From: an uncultured Candidatus Rokubacteria bacterium
GTDB taxonomy: Bacteria; Methylomirabilota; Methylomirabilia; Rokubacteriales; CSP1-6
DNA length: 64,000 nt
Direction: 5' to 3'
Assembly: GCA_963747235.1 (NCBI GenBank)
Contig: CAVVEU010000008.1
Location: 480,001-544,000, forward strand
Positions 55,225-64,000 of this stretch are shown here, in pieces. Position 1 is the first letter of the stretch; every line of letters starts with the position of its first letter. The position numbers were made by a program, and so were the translations under genes. The notes below the pieces were generated by a model. The model was given only the letters and a program-made list of their open reading frames with translations, did not search any database and was not told the DNA's origin.

Positions 55225-56730
55225 ATGACGCTAGCGCGCCTGGCCGAGGACGGCCTCGACAAGTACGGTGAGTACGTCGCCCTCGCGTTCGAGGGGCGGC
55301 AGTACACCAATCTGGACCAGCAGCGCGCCGCCTCCCGGCTCGCGCACGCGCTGCGGCGGCTGGGCGTGGCCCCGGGCGATCGCGTGGTGGTGATGCTCCC
55401 GAATTGCCCCGAGGTGATCCAGAGCTACGGGGCGATCCTCAAGTGCGGCGCGGTCATCGTGCCGGTCATCTTCCTGCTCGGCGACAAGGAGGTGGCCCAC
55501 ATCCTGGCCGACTCCGAGGCCAAGGTGGTGATCACGTCCACCGACATGCTGTGGAAGGTGGAGGGCCAGATAGGCGTGCTGCCCACGCTCCACCACGTGC
55601 TGCTGGCCGACGGCGAAGGGGACGGCCGGACGCGCTCGCTGGCGGCCGAGACCGCGGCCGAGTCGCCGACCTTCACCGCGGTGGACCGCTCGCCGGACGA
55701 CCTCGCGGTGATTCTCTACACCTCCGGGACCACCGGAGTGCCCAAGGGCGTCGCGCTGTCGCACGCCAATCTCGAGTCCAACGCGCGCGCGGCGGCCTCG
55801 CTCAACGAGCTGGGACGGGACGACTGGGCGGTGGCGGTGCTGCCCCTGTCGCACTCCTACGGGCTCACCGTGATGAACGCGGGCCACATCCTCGGCACGC
55901 GCGCGGCGCTGCTGCGCTGGTTCCATCCCGAGGCGGTGCTGGAGACCATCCAGGAGTTCCGGGCGGTCTCGATGTCCGCGGTGCCCACCATGCTCATCTA
56001 CCTCCTCAACTACCCGGACGCGGAGCGATTCGACACCTCGTCCATGCGGGCGTGGGGATCCGGCGCGGCGCCGCTGCCGGTCGAGATCGTCGAGCCCTTC
56101 GAGAAGAAGTTCGGCGGGCGCATCCTCGAGGGCTACGGGCTCACCGAGGCCTCGCCGGTGGTGTCGGCGCACCGCCTCTCGGGGCCGCGCAAGCTCGGCT
56201 CGGTGGGGCGGGCCATCCCCGGCGTGACCATCTCGATCCAGGATGACGACGACCGGGCGCGGCCCGCCGGCGAGATCGGGGAGGTCTGCGTGCAGGGGGC
56301 CAACGTGATGACCGGCTACTACCGCAACGCGGAGGAGACGGCGCGCACGGTGCGCGGCGGGTGGCTCCATACCGGGGACATGGGCCGGCTCGACGCGGAC
56401 GGCTTCCTCTTCATCGTCGAGCGCAAGAAGGACCTGATCATCCGCGGCGGCTTCAACATCTATCCCCGCGAGGTCGAGGAGGCGCTGTACGCCCACCCGC
56501 AGGTGGCGGAGGCGGCGGTGGTCGGCATGAAGGACCCGCTGATGGGCGAGGACGTGGTGGCGTTCGTGGTGCTCAAGGACGGCCCGCGCCCCACCGCCGA
56601 GGAGGTCGCCGCGTTCTGCGAGACCCGCCTGGCCCGCTACAAGTGTCCGAAGCAGGTCCGCTTCGTGGATTCGCTGCCCAAGAGCCCGATCGGGAAAATT
56701 CTACGCAAAGAGCTCCGCACGCAGGTGTGA
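55225..56730 (+). CDS. fadD: Long-chain fatty acid--CoA ligase
   Basis: YTSGTTGVPKG, EGYGLTE, TGDMG, RKKDLIIRGG, GKILR. Confidence 0.88.
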   Translation: MTLARLAEDGLDKYGEYVALAFEGRQYTNLDQQRAASRLAHALRRLGVAPGDRVVVMLPNCPEVIQSYGAILKCGAVIVPVIFLLGDKEVAHILADSEAKVVITSTDMLWKVEGQIGVLPTLHHVLLADGEGDGRTRSLAAETAAESPTFTAVDRSPDDLAVILYTSGTTGVPKGVALSHANLESNARAAASLNELGRDDWAVAVLPLSHSYGLTVMNAGHILGTRAALLRWFHPEAVLETIQEFRAVSMSAVPTMLIYLLNYPDAERFDTSSMRAWGSGAAPLPVEIVEPFEKKFGGRILEGYGLTEASPVVSAHRLSGPRKLGSVGRAIPGVTISIQDDDDRARPAGEIGEVCVQGANVMTGYYRNAEETARTVRGGWLHTGDMGRLDADGFLFIVERKKDLIIRGGFNIYPREVEEALYAHPQVAEAAVVGMKDPLMGEDVVAFVVLKDGPRPTAEEVAAFCETRLARYKCPKQVRFVDSLPKSPIGKILRKELRTQV

Positions 56731-56740
56731 GGAGGCGACC

Positions 56741-58531
56741 ATGGCCAATGGCACTCTCGCGAGCATGTTCTGGAACCGGGTCGAGCGCGACGGAGATCGC
56801 GCGGCCCAGCGGTACAAGGCCGGCGGGACCTGGCACACGCTCAGCTGGCGCCAGGTCGGCGAGGTGGTGCGCGAGGTCGCCACCGGCCTGCTCGCCCTCG
56901 GGCGCCGGAAGGAGGACGCGATCGGCATCCTCTCCGCGAGCCGCGCGGAATGGGTGCAGGCGGACTTCGCGATCTTCTCGGCGGGCTGCCGCACGATCCC
57001 GATCTACCCGACCTACCCGCCCGACCTGATCCAGTACCTCGTCAACGACGCGGGCGTGAAGACCCTCTTCGTCGAGGACCCGGGCCAGCTCGCCAAGGTG
57101 CTCGAGGTGCAGGGGAAGATGGAGGGGCTCGAGCAGATCGTGGTCATGCAGGGCTACGAGGGCGAGGCCTCGCCGCGGATCATGACCTGGGCCGAGCTGC
57201 GCCGGCTGGGGCGTGACAACGTGGAGCGCCTGAAGAGCGATCTCGCCGGGCGGGTGGCCGAGGTCCGGCCCGAGGACATCGCGACCATCGTCTACACCTC
57301 CGGCACCACCGGGCCGCCGAAGGGCGTGGTGCAGACGCACGGCAATCACCTGGCCACCCTCGAGTCGGCGGCCAAGATGGAGACGATCACGTCCGGGGAC
57401 ACCCACCTGCTGTTCCTGCCGCTGGCCCACTCGTTCGCGCGGCTCGAGTCCTTCCTGGGCGTGCATCGCGGGCTCACCACCGCCTTCGCGGAGAACATCG
57501 ACAAGCTGCGCGACAACCTGCCCGAGGTGAAGCCCAACTTCATCTGCAGCGTGCCGCGGGTGTTCGAGAAGGTCTACGCGGGCGTGCTCGCCAAGGCGGA
57601 GGCGGGGTCGCCGATCAAGAAGAAGATCTTCCACTGGGCGGTCGGGGTCGGCCGCGAGGTCTCGCGCTTGAAGCAGGCCAAGAAGCCGATCCCGGGCGGC
57701 CTCGCCTTCAAGTACCGCCTGGCCCACAAGCTCGTGTTCTCGAAGCTCCACGCGGCCCTGGGCGGGCGCCTGCGCTTCGCGGTCTCGGGGGGCGCGCCGC
57801 TCTCCAAGGAGATCGCGGAGTTCTTCCACGCCGCGGGCATCCTGATCCTCGAGGGCTATGGCCTCACCGAGACCTGCCCCTCGCTCACGTTCAACCGGCT
57901 CGAGCACTTCAAGTTCGGCTCGGTGGGGCAGGCGCAGCCCGGCATCGAGGTCAAGATCGCGCCCGACGGCGAGATCCTGGGCCGCGGAGCCAACATCGCC
58001 AAGGGGTACTTCAAGAAGCCGGAGGCCACCGCGGAGGTGTTCCTCGCCGACGGCTGGTTCGCCACCGGCGACATCGGGAAGATCGACGAGGACGGCTTCC
58101 TCTTCATCACCGACCGGAAGAAGGACCTCATCGTGACCGCGGGCGGGATGAACATCGCGCCGCAGAACATCGAGAACCTGCTCAAGGGCGATCCGTTCAT
58201 CAGCCAGGCGATGGTGCACGGCGACAAGCGCCCGTACCCGGTGGCCATCCTCACCCTGAACCCGGAGGAGCTGGTGAAGTTCGCCAAGGACCAGGGGATT
58301 CTCAACACCGATCCCGCGGCCCTCGCCAAGCATCCGAAGGTGGTCGAGCGGGTGAGCCGCATCGTGGAGGCGCGCAACCATGAGCTGCAGTCCTACGCCA
58401 AGGTGAAGAAGTTCGCGATCCTGCCCGGCGACTTCACGGTGGAGAACGGCCTGCTGACGCCCACGCTCAAGGTCAAGCGGCGGATCATCACCGACAAGCA
58501 CCGGGAGCTGCTCGATTCCCTCTACCGATAA
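56741..58531 (+). CDS. Long-chain acyl-CoA synthetase (AMP-forming, FadD15/FAA1 type)
   Basis: YTSGTTGPPKG, VPRVFEK, SGGAPL, EGYGLTE, DRKKDL, LTPTLKVKR. Confidence 0.9.
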   Translation: MANGTLASMFWNRVERDGDRAAQRYKAGGTWHTLSWRQVGEVVREVATGLLALGRRKEDAIGILSASRAEWVQADFAIFSAGCRTIPIYPTYPPDLIQYLVNDAGVKTLFVEDPGQLAKVLEVQGKMEGLEQIVVMQGYEGEASPRIMTWAELRRLGRDNVERLKSDLAGRVAEVRPEDIATIVYTSGTTGPPKGVVQTHGNHLATLESAAKMETITSGDTHLLFLPLAHSFARLESFLGVHRGLTTAFAENIDKLRDNLPEVKPNFICSVPRVFEKVYAGVLAKAEAGSPIKKKIFHWAVGVGREVSRLKQAKKPIPGGLAFKYRLAHKLVFSKLHAALGGRLRFAVSGGAPLSKEIAEFFHAAGILILEGYGLTETCPSLTFNRLEHFKFGSVGQAQPGIEVKIAPDGEILGRGANIAKGYFKKPEATAEVFLADGWFATGDIGKIDEDGFLFITDRKKDLIVTAGGMNIAPQNIENLLKGDPFISQAMVHGDKRPYPVAILTLNPEELVKFAKDQGILNTDPAALAKHPKVVERVSRIVEARNHELQSYAKVKKFAILPGDFTVENGLLTPTLKVKRRIITDKHRELLDSLYR

Positions 58532-58565
58532 TCCGGCCGCGGCCGCCCAGCGCCTCGACGGCCGC

Positions 58566-59297
58566 GTGGCCATCGTCACCGGGGCCAGCCGCGGCCTCGG
58601 GCGCGCGATGGCGGTGGCGCTGGCGCAGGCGGGCGCGGACGTGGCGGTGGCCGCGCGGGCCCGCCCCGATCTGGACGAGACGGCGCGGCTGATCACCGCG
58701 GCCGGGCGGCGGGCCCTCGTGGTGGAGACGGACGTGACCGCGTATCCCCAGGTCGAGACGCTCGTGCGCCGCACCATCGCGGAGCTGGGCGGCCTGCACG
58801 TGGTGGTGAACAACTCCGGCATCGCGCGGGTGGCCCCGGTGGCCCAGATGTCGCCGGAGGACTTCCGCGCCACCCTCGAGGTCAACCTGGTCGGGGTCTT
58901 CAACGGCTGCCGCGCCGCCGCCGCGCACCTGCTGGCGCAGAAGTCGGGCAAGATCATCAATCTCTCGTCGGTGCTGGGGCAGGTGGGCCTGCCCGGCTAC
59001 AGCGCGTACGCGGCGTCCAAGAGCGGGGTCATGGGGTTCACCCGCGCGCTCGCCGCGGAGTGGGCGCGCCACGGCATCCAGGTCAACGCGATCGCGCCGG
59101 GCTGGTTCGTCACCGAGATGAACGCCGACGCGTTCGCGGACGAGCGCACACGCGACCGGCTGCTCCGCGACGTGCCGCTCCGGCGCACCGGCCGCCTCGA
59201 CGAGATCGGCCCGCTCGTGGTCTACCTCGCTTCGGCGGCTTCCGACTTCATGACCGGCCAGACCCTCTTCCTCGATGGTGGCCACTCGGCGGTCTGA
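58566..59297 (+). CDS. SDR oxidoreductase (true start probably slightly upstream)
   Basis: LDGRVAIVTGASRGLG, NNSG, YAASK, NAIAPG. Confidence 0.87.
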   Translation: MAIVTGASRGLGRAMAVALAQAGADVAVAARARPDLDETARLITAAGRRALVVETDVTAYPQVETLVRRTIAELGGLHVVVNNSGIARVAPVAQMSPEDFRATLEVNLVGVFNGCRAAAAHLLAQKSGKIINLSSVLGQVGLPGYSAYAASKSGVMGFTRALAAEWARHGIQVNAIAPGWFVTEMNADAFADERTRDRLLRDVPLRRTGRLDEIGPLVVYLASAASDFMTGQTLFLDGGHSAV

Positions 59298-59755
59298 GGC
59301 CGGGCGCCGCCGCGCGCCCGCGAGCGCCCGCGCTGCACCCGGCGCCGCTCGCCGAGTGCGTCATCTGCGGCCCCGACAGCCGCGGCGGCCTGCGTGTGCG
59401 GTTCCGGCGGCGGGGCGATACGATCGTCGGCTCGTTCACGCCGGGCCGTGCCCATCAGGGCTATCGCGGCCTCATGTCCGGGGGCCTGCTCGCCGCGATC
59501 TTCGACTGCCTGCACTATCGGCTGGCGCTCGTGCGCGGCGTGGTCCTGGCGGTGACCGCGCGGATCGAGGTGGACTATCGCGCGCCGGTTCCCCTCGGCC
59601 GTCCCGTGCGCTTCGAGGCCCGCCTGGTCGCGCGGCGCGGCCGCGTCTTCGACACGCGCGCGGTGGCGCGGCTGGCGGGCGGGATCGTCGCCGCCGAGTC
59701 GCGCGCGATCTACGTGGAAGTTCCGCCGAGCCGCTTGCCCGCCGGCGGGCGCTAG
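59294..59755 (+). CDS. PaaI-family thioesterase (start uncertain)
   Basis: CVICGPDSRGGL, HQGYRGLMSGG, VTARIEVDYRAPVP. Confidence 0.75.
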   Translation: MRPGAAARPRAPALHPAPLAECVICGPDSRGGLRVRFRRRGDTIVGSFTPGRAHQGYRGLMSGGLLAAIFDCLHYRLALVRGVVLAVTARIEVDYRAPVPLGRPVRFEARLVARRGRVFDTRAVARLAGGIVAAESRAIYVEVPPSRLPAGGR

Positions 59756-61515
59756 GCGCCGGCCTCCGGCGGGAGCGACTCCCAGAACCGGCGCTCCGCT
59801 TCCCGCGGCGCGGCCTCCACGCGACACTGCCGGTCGAGGATCATGGTGCGGCGATGGGCCGCGTCGTACGCGGGCCAGTCGGCGATGCCCGCGTGGCCCG
59901 GTCGCCCGGTGCGCGCGAACGCGATCCACGCGTCCTGGATCTGCCCGGCGAGGGCGTGCGCGGCCGGGCCCTTGCCGGTGAACGGGCGGAGGAGCCGGTG
60001 CTCGAGGGTGCCGAAGAGAAAGGGCAGCTCGAGCGCGTGACAGGCGCCGAAGAGCCCGCCCATCGCGGGCGAAGGCCATGTGAACAGATAGGCGTAGGTC
60101 TCCGGCTGATGCGCCGCATGGAGCGCGGCGAGGCGCATCGCGGGGTATCGCATGGTCCGGTCGGACTCGATGGCGAACCACAGGTCGCCCGGGTCGACGC
60201 GCTCGCCGCGCGCGGCCCGCGCGTCCCGGTAGACCGTGATCGCCCGCCGCGCCGCGTCCGCCCCACCGGGGATCGCCTCCGCGCACCGGGCGAGGAGCTC
60301 GCCCTCGTCGAGCGTCGTGGCCTCCGGATCCAGCGGGGCGAAGAGCCGCGCCTCGTCCAGGTTGGTGCCGATCAGCAGCGAGATGCCGCGGGCCTCGCCG
60401 TCGCGGATGGCGGCCAGCGGATCGCGCGGGATGATGTCCCCGTCGATCACGGGCTGGAACGGCAGGCCGCGGGTGCGCAACACCCGGAGCGCGGCCATCT
60501 CCGGCGCGGCCGGCGCCCGCCGCCGGCGCCCGCGGCGGCGGAGCACGTCCAGCAGCCCGCGCGACACCGGGGCCACCCTGCTGCCGAAGCGGCGGCGCGC
60601 GAGGGAGAGGCCGAGGAAGACCGCGCCCGCCACGCGCTGCCCGGACGGGGAGAGCGTGCCGAGGACGTGGTGCTCGCCCAGCATCAGATCCATGAAGAGG
60701 CGGCGCTGGGCCGCGAGGAGGCGCGCGGGGGCGGCGGCGCGCAGCTCCTCGGGCGAGCTCATCGAGAGGTCCGCGAGCACCCGGTCGGCAATGCGCGCGG
60801 CGGTGTCGCGGGGCCAGAGGTAGTTCGCGGCGCCGGATTCCAGGATCGCGCGGTGGAAGAGGCCGCGGGCGCGCGGCACGCCGAGCAGGGTGGCGCAGCT
60901 CATCGCGCCCGCCGACTCGCCGAAGATCGTCACGTTGCCCGGATCGCCGCCGAATGCCGCGATCTCGTCGCGCACCCACTCGAGCGCCGCCACCTGGTCG
61001 AGGAGTCCCTCGTTGCCGGTCGCGGGCAGGCGCTCGCCGAAGCGGTCGCGCAGGCGCAGGAAGCCCAGCGCGCCCAGCCGGTAGTTGATGGTGACGACGA
61101 CCACGTCGCCACGACGGGCCAGGGCCGCGCCGTTGTAGAGCATCTGGGAGCCGGAGCCCAGGATGAAGGCGCCGCCGTGGATCCAGACGAGCACCGGCCG
61201 GCGGCCCCGGTCCGCGGCGGGCGTCCAGACGTTCAGGTAGAGGCAGTCCTCGCCGGTGCGGCTGATGCCCAGGCTCATCAATGGGCCGACGAGCGCGCCG
61301 TTCTGCGCCGCCGACGGCCCGAACCGGGCTGCGTCGCGAACCTCCGACCAGGGCTCGGGCGGCTCGGGAGGCCGGAAGCGGAGCGGGCCGACCGGCGGGC
61401 GCGCGAAGGGGAGGCCGCGGAACACCGCGAGGCCTCCTTCGATGACGCCGCGCACCGGGCCGCGGCGAGTCTCCACCAGGACGTCCCCAGCCTCCCCGCC
61501 TGGTCGCGGGCTCAC
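59752..61515 (-). CDS. Carboxylesterase/lipase (PnbA, type B)
   Basis: EDCLYLNVW, WIHGGAF, NYRLG, FGESAG, GTNLDE, GACHALEL. Confidence 0.92.
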   Translation of the reverse strand: MSPRPGGEAGDVLVETRRGPVRGVIEGGLAVFRGLPFARPPVGPLRFRPPEPPEPWSEVRDAARFGPSAAQNGALVGPLMSLGISRTGEDCLYLNVWTPAADRGRRPVLVWIHGGAFILGSGSQMLYNGAALARRGDVVVVTINYRLGALGFLRLRDRFGERLPATGNEGLLDQVAALEWVRDEIAAFGGDPGNVTIFGESAGAMSCATLLGVPRARGLFHRAILESGAANYLWPRDTAARIADRVLADLSMSSPEELRAAAPARLLAAQRRLFMDLMLGEHHVLGTLSPSGQRVAGAVFLGLSLARRRFGSRVAPVSRGLLDVLRRRGRRRRAPAAPEMAALRVLRTRGLPFQPVIDGDIIPRDPLAAIRDGEARGISLLIGTNLDEARLFAPLDPEATTLDEGELLARCAEAIPGGADAARRAITVYRDARAARGERVDPGDLWFAIESDRTMRYPAMRLAALHAAHQPETYAYLFTWPSPAMGGLFGACHALELPFLFGTLEHRLLRPFTGKGPAAHALAGQIQDAWIAFARTGRPGHAGIADWPAYDAAHRRTMILDRQCRVEAAPREAERRFWESLPPEAGA

Positions 61516-62801
61516 GGCAGCAGGTCCAGCAGCAGATGGATCACGTAGAGGCCGCCACCGGCCAGGCCGCCCACGACCGTGCCGTTCACGCGGATGTACT
61601 GGAGATCGTCGCCCGCGTGCTCCTCGATGAGCCGCACCGCGCCCTCCGGGCCGAGCGCGTGAACGCCCCGCTCGATGAAGTGCGCGATCCGGTCGTGGTA
61701 GCGGTCCACCGCCTCGGTGAGCCGCTCCTTGAGCCAGCGATCGAGCGATTCCCGGAGCGCGGTGTCGTCCGCCAGGGTTTGCCGCGCGCGGTCGAGCCGC
61801 GCGGTGATCCAGCTCACCAGCTCGGACGGCTGGGCGGCCAGGTCCGCGGTCACGATCTTGCGGAGCCCCACCGCCGCGTCCTCGAGCAGGCGCGCCACCG
61901 CCGGGCTCGCCAGCAATTCCTCCTTGGCGGCCTCCACGCGCGCGGCCAGGGCCGGGTCGGTGCGGAGCCGCTCGGGCAGCGCGGCGAGCGTCTCGGTGAG
62001 GCGCCGGCGCAGGGGATCGTCGGGGTCGTCCGCGATCTTCTTCAGCGCCTCGTGGAGCGCGGTGACGATCCGCTCCCGGTCGATGAGCCCGAACGTGCTC
62101 GCCAGGCCCATGAGGATGCGCGGATAGACACCCATCCGAGTGCGATAGTCGGCCAGCACCTCGTCCACCAGATCGCCGACGGTGGCGCGGAAGTCCGGGC
62201 GCTCGAGCGCGTCGATCAGCGCCGTCGCCACCGCCTCGATGAGCCGCTGATCCCAGCCCTGCTTGCGCGCGATCTCGATGCCGGTGGCCAGCAGCGGCGC
62301 GATGGGGTTCGCGCGGGCCAGGCGGGTCAGCCAGAGCGCGGCGTCGCCGGTCGCCGCCGGCGTGACCTGCTCCGTCGCCCAGCGCGCGACCGCGCGGACC
62401 GCCGCCTCGAGGTCGGCCGGCTTGATGCGCTCGGCCCCGCGGGCCAGCAGCTCGGCGATGTCGAAGCGCCCGATCTCGTGGGTGACGTAGTCCTTGGTGA
62501 GCACCCGATCGCCCACCATGCTCCCCACGCGCTGGGCCATGAGCTCCCAGTTGGCCGGGATGATCGCGGTGTGGGGGATGGGCAGGCCCAGCGGATGCCG
62601 GAAGAGCGCGGTGACCGCGAACCAGTCCGCGAGGCCACCCACGATGCCGGCCTCCGCGACGGCCAGGATGAAGCCACCCCACCAGCGGGTGCGCAACGGG
62701 TACGCCGCCACCGCCAGGGCCACCGCCGCCAGCAAGACGAGCAGGGCGAGCCGCCGCTGGCGGGGCGGCCGCCGGGATTCGGAAGCGCCGCGGCCGTCCA
62801 C
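61512..62801 (-). CDS. DUF445-family membrane-anchored protein
   Basis: AEAGIVGGLADWFAVTALFRHPLGLPIPHTAII...DLQYIRVNGTVVGG. Confidence 0.9.
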   Translation of the reverse strand: MDGRGASESRRPPRQRRLALLVLLAAVALAVAAYPLRTRWWGGFILAVAEAGIVGGLADWFAVTALFRHPLGLPIPHTAIIPANWELMAQRVGSMVGDRVLTKDYVTHEIGRFDIAELLARGAERIKPADLEAAVRAVARWATEQVTPAATGDAALWLTRLARANPIAPLLATGIEIARKQGWDQRLIEAVATALIDALERPDFRATVGDLVDEVLADYRTRMGVYPRILMGLASTFGLIDRERIVTALHEALKKIADDPDDPLRRRLTETLAALPERLRTDPALAARVEAAKEELLASPAVARLLEDAAVGLRKIVTADLAAQPSELVSWITARLDRARQTLADDTALRESLDRWLKERLTEAVDRYHDRIAHFIERGVHALGPEGAVRLIEEHAGDDLQYIRVNGTVVGGLAGGGLYVIHLLLDLLP

Positions 62802-62823
62802 GCACGAATGCTATCATTTCCGC

Positions 62824-63837
62824 ATGATCGCGGCCGTCCTTCGGGGTCCTCGCTCGCTCGACATCACGACCGTCGCATCGCCCACGCCGGGCCCGAACGA
62901 CGCGGTCATCCGGGTCACCGCGGCCGGGCTCTGCGGCACCGACTACCGGATCTGGACGGGCGAGCGCCCGGTGCGCTATCCCCTCGTGATGGGGCACGAG
63001 TTCGTCGGCACGGTGGCGGCCATCGGGAGCGCGGTCCGGAACGTGACGGTCGGGCAGGCGGTGGCGGTGGAGCCCAACTACTCCTGCGGGACGTGCGCGC
63101 TCTGCCGCGAGGGCAACCGCAACCTGTGCCTCTCGCGCGTGGCGGTCGGCATCGACGTGGACGGCGGCTTCGCCCAGGAGGCGATCGTGCCCGCCCGCTG
63201 CTGCTGGCCGGCGCCCGACGGCCTCTCCACCGAGCGCCTGCTCATGGCCGAGCCGCTCGCGGTGGTGGTGCGCGCGGTCGGCCGCGCGGCGCCGGTGGCC
63301 GGCGAGACCGCGGCGGTGCTCGGGGTGGGCTCGCTCGGGCTGCTCGCCGTCCAGGTGCTCCGCGCGCGCGGCTGCCGCGTGCTGGCGGTGGCGCGGACCA
63401 CCAAACGGCTTGATCTGGCGCTCGCGCTGGGCGCGGAGGCGGTCGCGCTCTCGGGCGCCGATGACGACACGGCCGCCGCGCGCGCCTTCTCCGGGCGCGA
63501 GGGCGTGGACCTGGTGATCGAGACCGCCGGCACGGCCCTGGCGGTCGAGCAGGCGGTCAACCTGTGCCGCCCCGGCGGGCGCGTGGTGCTCACCGGGTTG
63601 CCGCACGAGGCCACGTCGCTGAACTTCTTCTGGGTCGTTCGCCGCGAGCTCCGGATCATCGGCTCGATGATCTACCAGGACGAGTTCCCGGAGGCGATGC
63701 GCCTCCTCGAGGCGGGCGCGGTGCGGACGGACCGGCTCCTCTCCGGGACCTTCCCGCTGGACCGCATCGGCGACGCCTTCGAGGCGCATCGCTCGCCCGA
63801 CTCGATCAAGGTCGCGGTCATCCCGCCCGCCGGCTAG
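62824..63837 (+). CDS. Zinc-dependent medium-chain alcohol dehydrogenase
   Basis: GLCGTD, GHEF, CxxCxxCx7C, GVGSLG. Confidence 0.92.
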   Translation: MIAAVLRGPRSLDITTVASPTPGPNDAVIRVTAAGLCGTDYRIWTGERPVRYPLVMGHEFVGTVAAIGSAVRNVTVGQAVAVEPNYSCGTCALCREGNRNLCLSRVAVGIDVDGGFAQEAIVPARCCWPAPDGLSTERLLMAEPLAVVVRAVGRAAPVAGETAAVLGVGSLGLLAVQVLRARGCRVLAVARTTKRLDLALALGAEAVALSGADDDTAAARAFSGREGVDLVIETAGTALAVEQAVNLCRPGGRVVLTGLPHEATSLNFFWVVRRELRIIGSMIYQDEFPEAMRLLEAGAVRTDRLLSGTFPLDRIGDAFEAHRSPDSIKVAVIPPAG

Positions 63838-64000
63838 GCGCCGCCTCTTTTCGGCGCCTCGTCTCCTCGTCCTGCATTCTATATTCGCTCGGCTCGCCTT
63901 CGGCTGCGCCTCGCCCTGCATTCCGCGATGAGGCGGGCCGCGAAGCGGCCGGCCGCGGCGCCGCGGCGGAACCCGGGCCGGTGCACCAGCGTGACCGGGA

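Overview
A very GC-rich bacterial window packed with about 55 protein-coding genes. Gene content and style suggest an uncultured soil lineage such as Rokubacteria/Methylomirabilota, but this is inference. I saw no rRNA, tRNA, CRISPR array or transposase. About 25 single-base frameshifts break otherwise intact genes between ~1 and ~39 kb and most likely reflect long-read errors. Main blocks: (1) a 12.5-kb minus-strand gene run (17746 to 5266) encoding a dimethylformamidase-beta-like protein, the selenium-cofactor protein YqeC, a PLP class-V enzyme, a phosphotriesterase, an NHL protein and a DsbA/FrnE-like protein whose CxxC motif reads UGA-Pro-Trp-Cys and is followed by a SECIS-like hairpin, so it is a probable selenoprotein that the ORF track misses. 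(2) Assorted metabolic genes (P450, fumC, chrA, TRAP transporter, sirtuin). (3) A sigma-54/c-di-GMP signalling region with two near-identical -24/-12 promoters. One of them drives a small stand-alone copy of the adjacent activator's own HTH domain, a possible decoy or feedback repressor. (4) A fatty-acid-linked class III polyhydroxyalkanoate cluster (TetR, ECH, SDR, SCP2, phaC, phaE, phaJ, phaR, phasin, two acyl-CoA ligases) with candidate PhaR operators. Several genes look leaderless.
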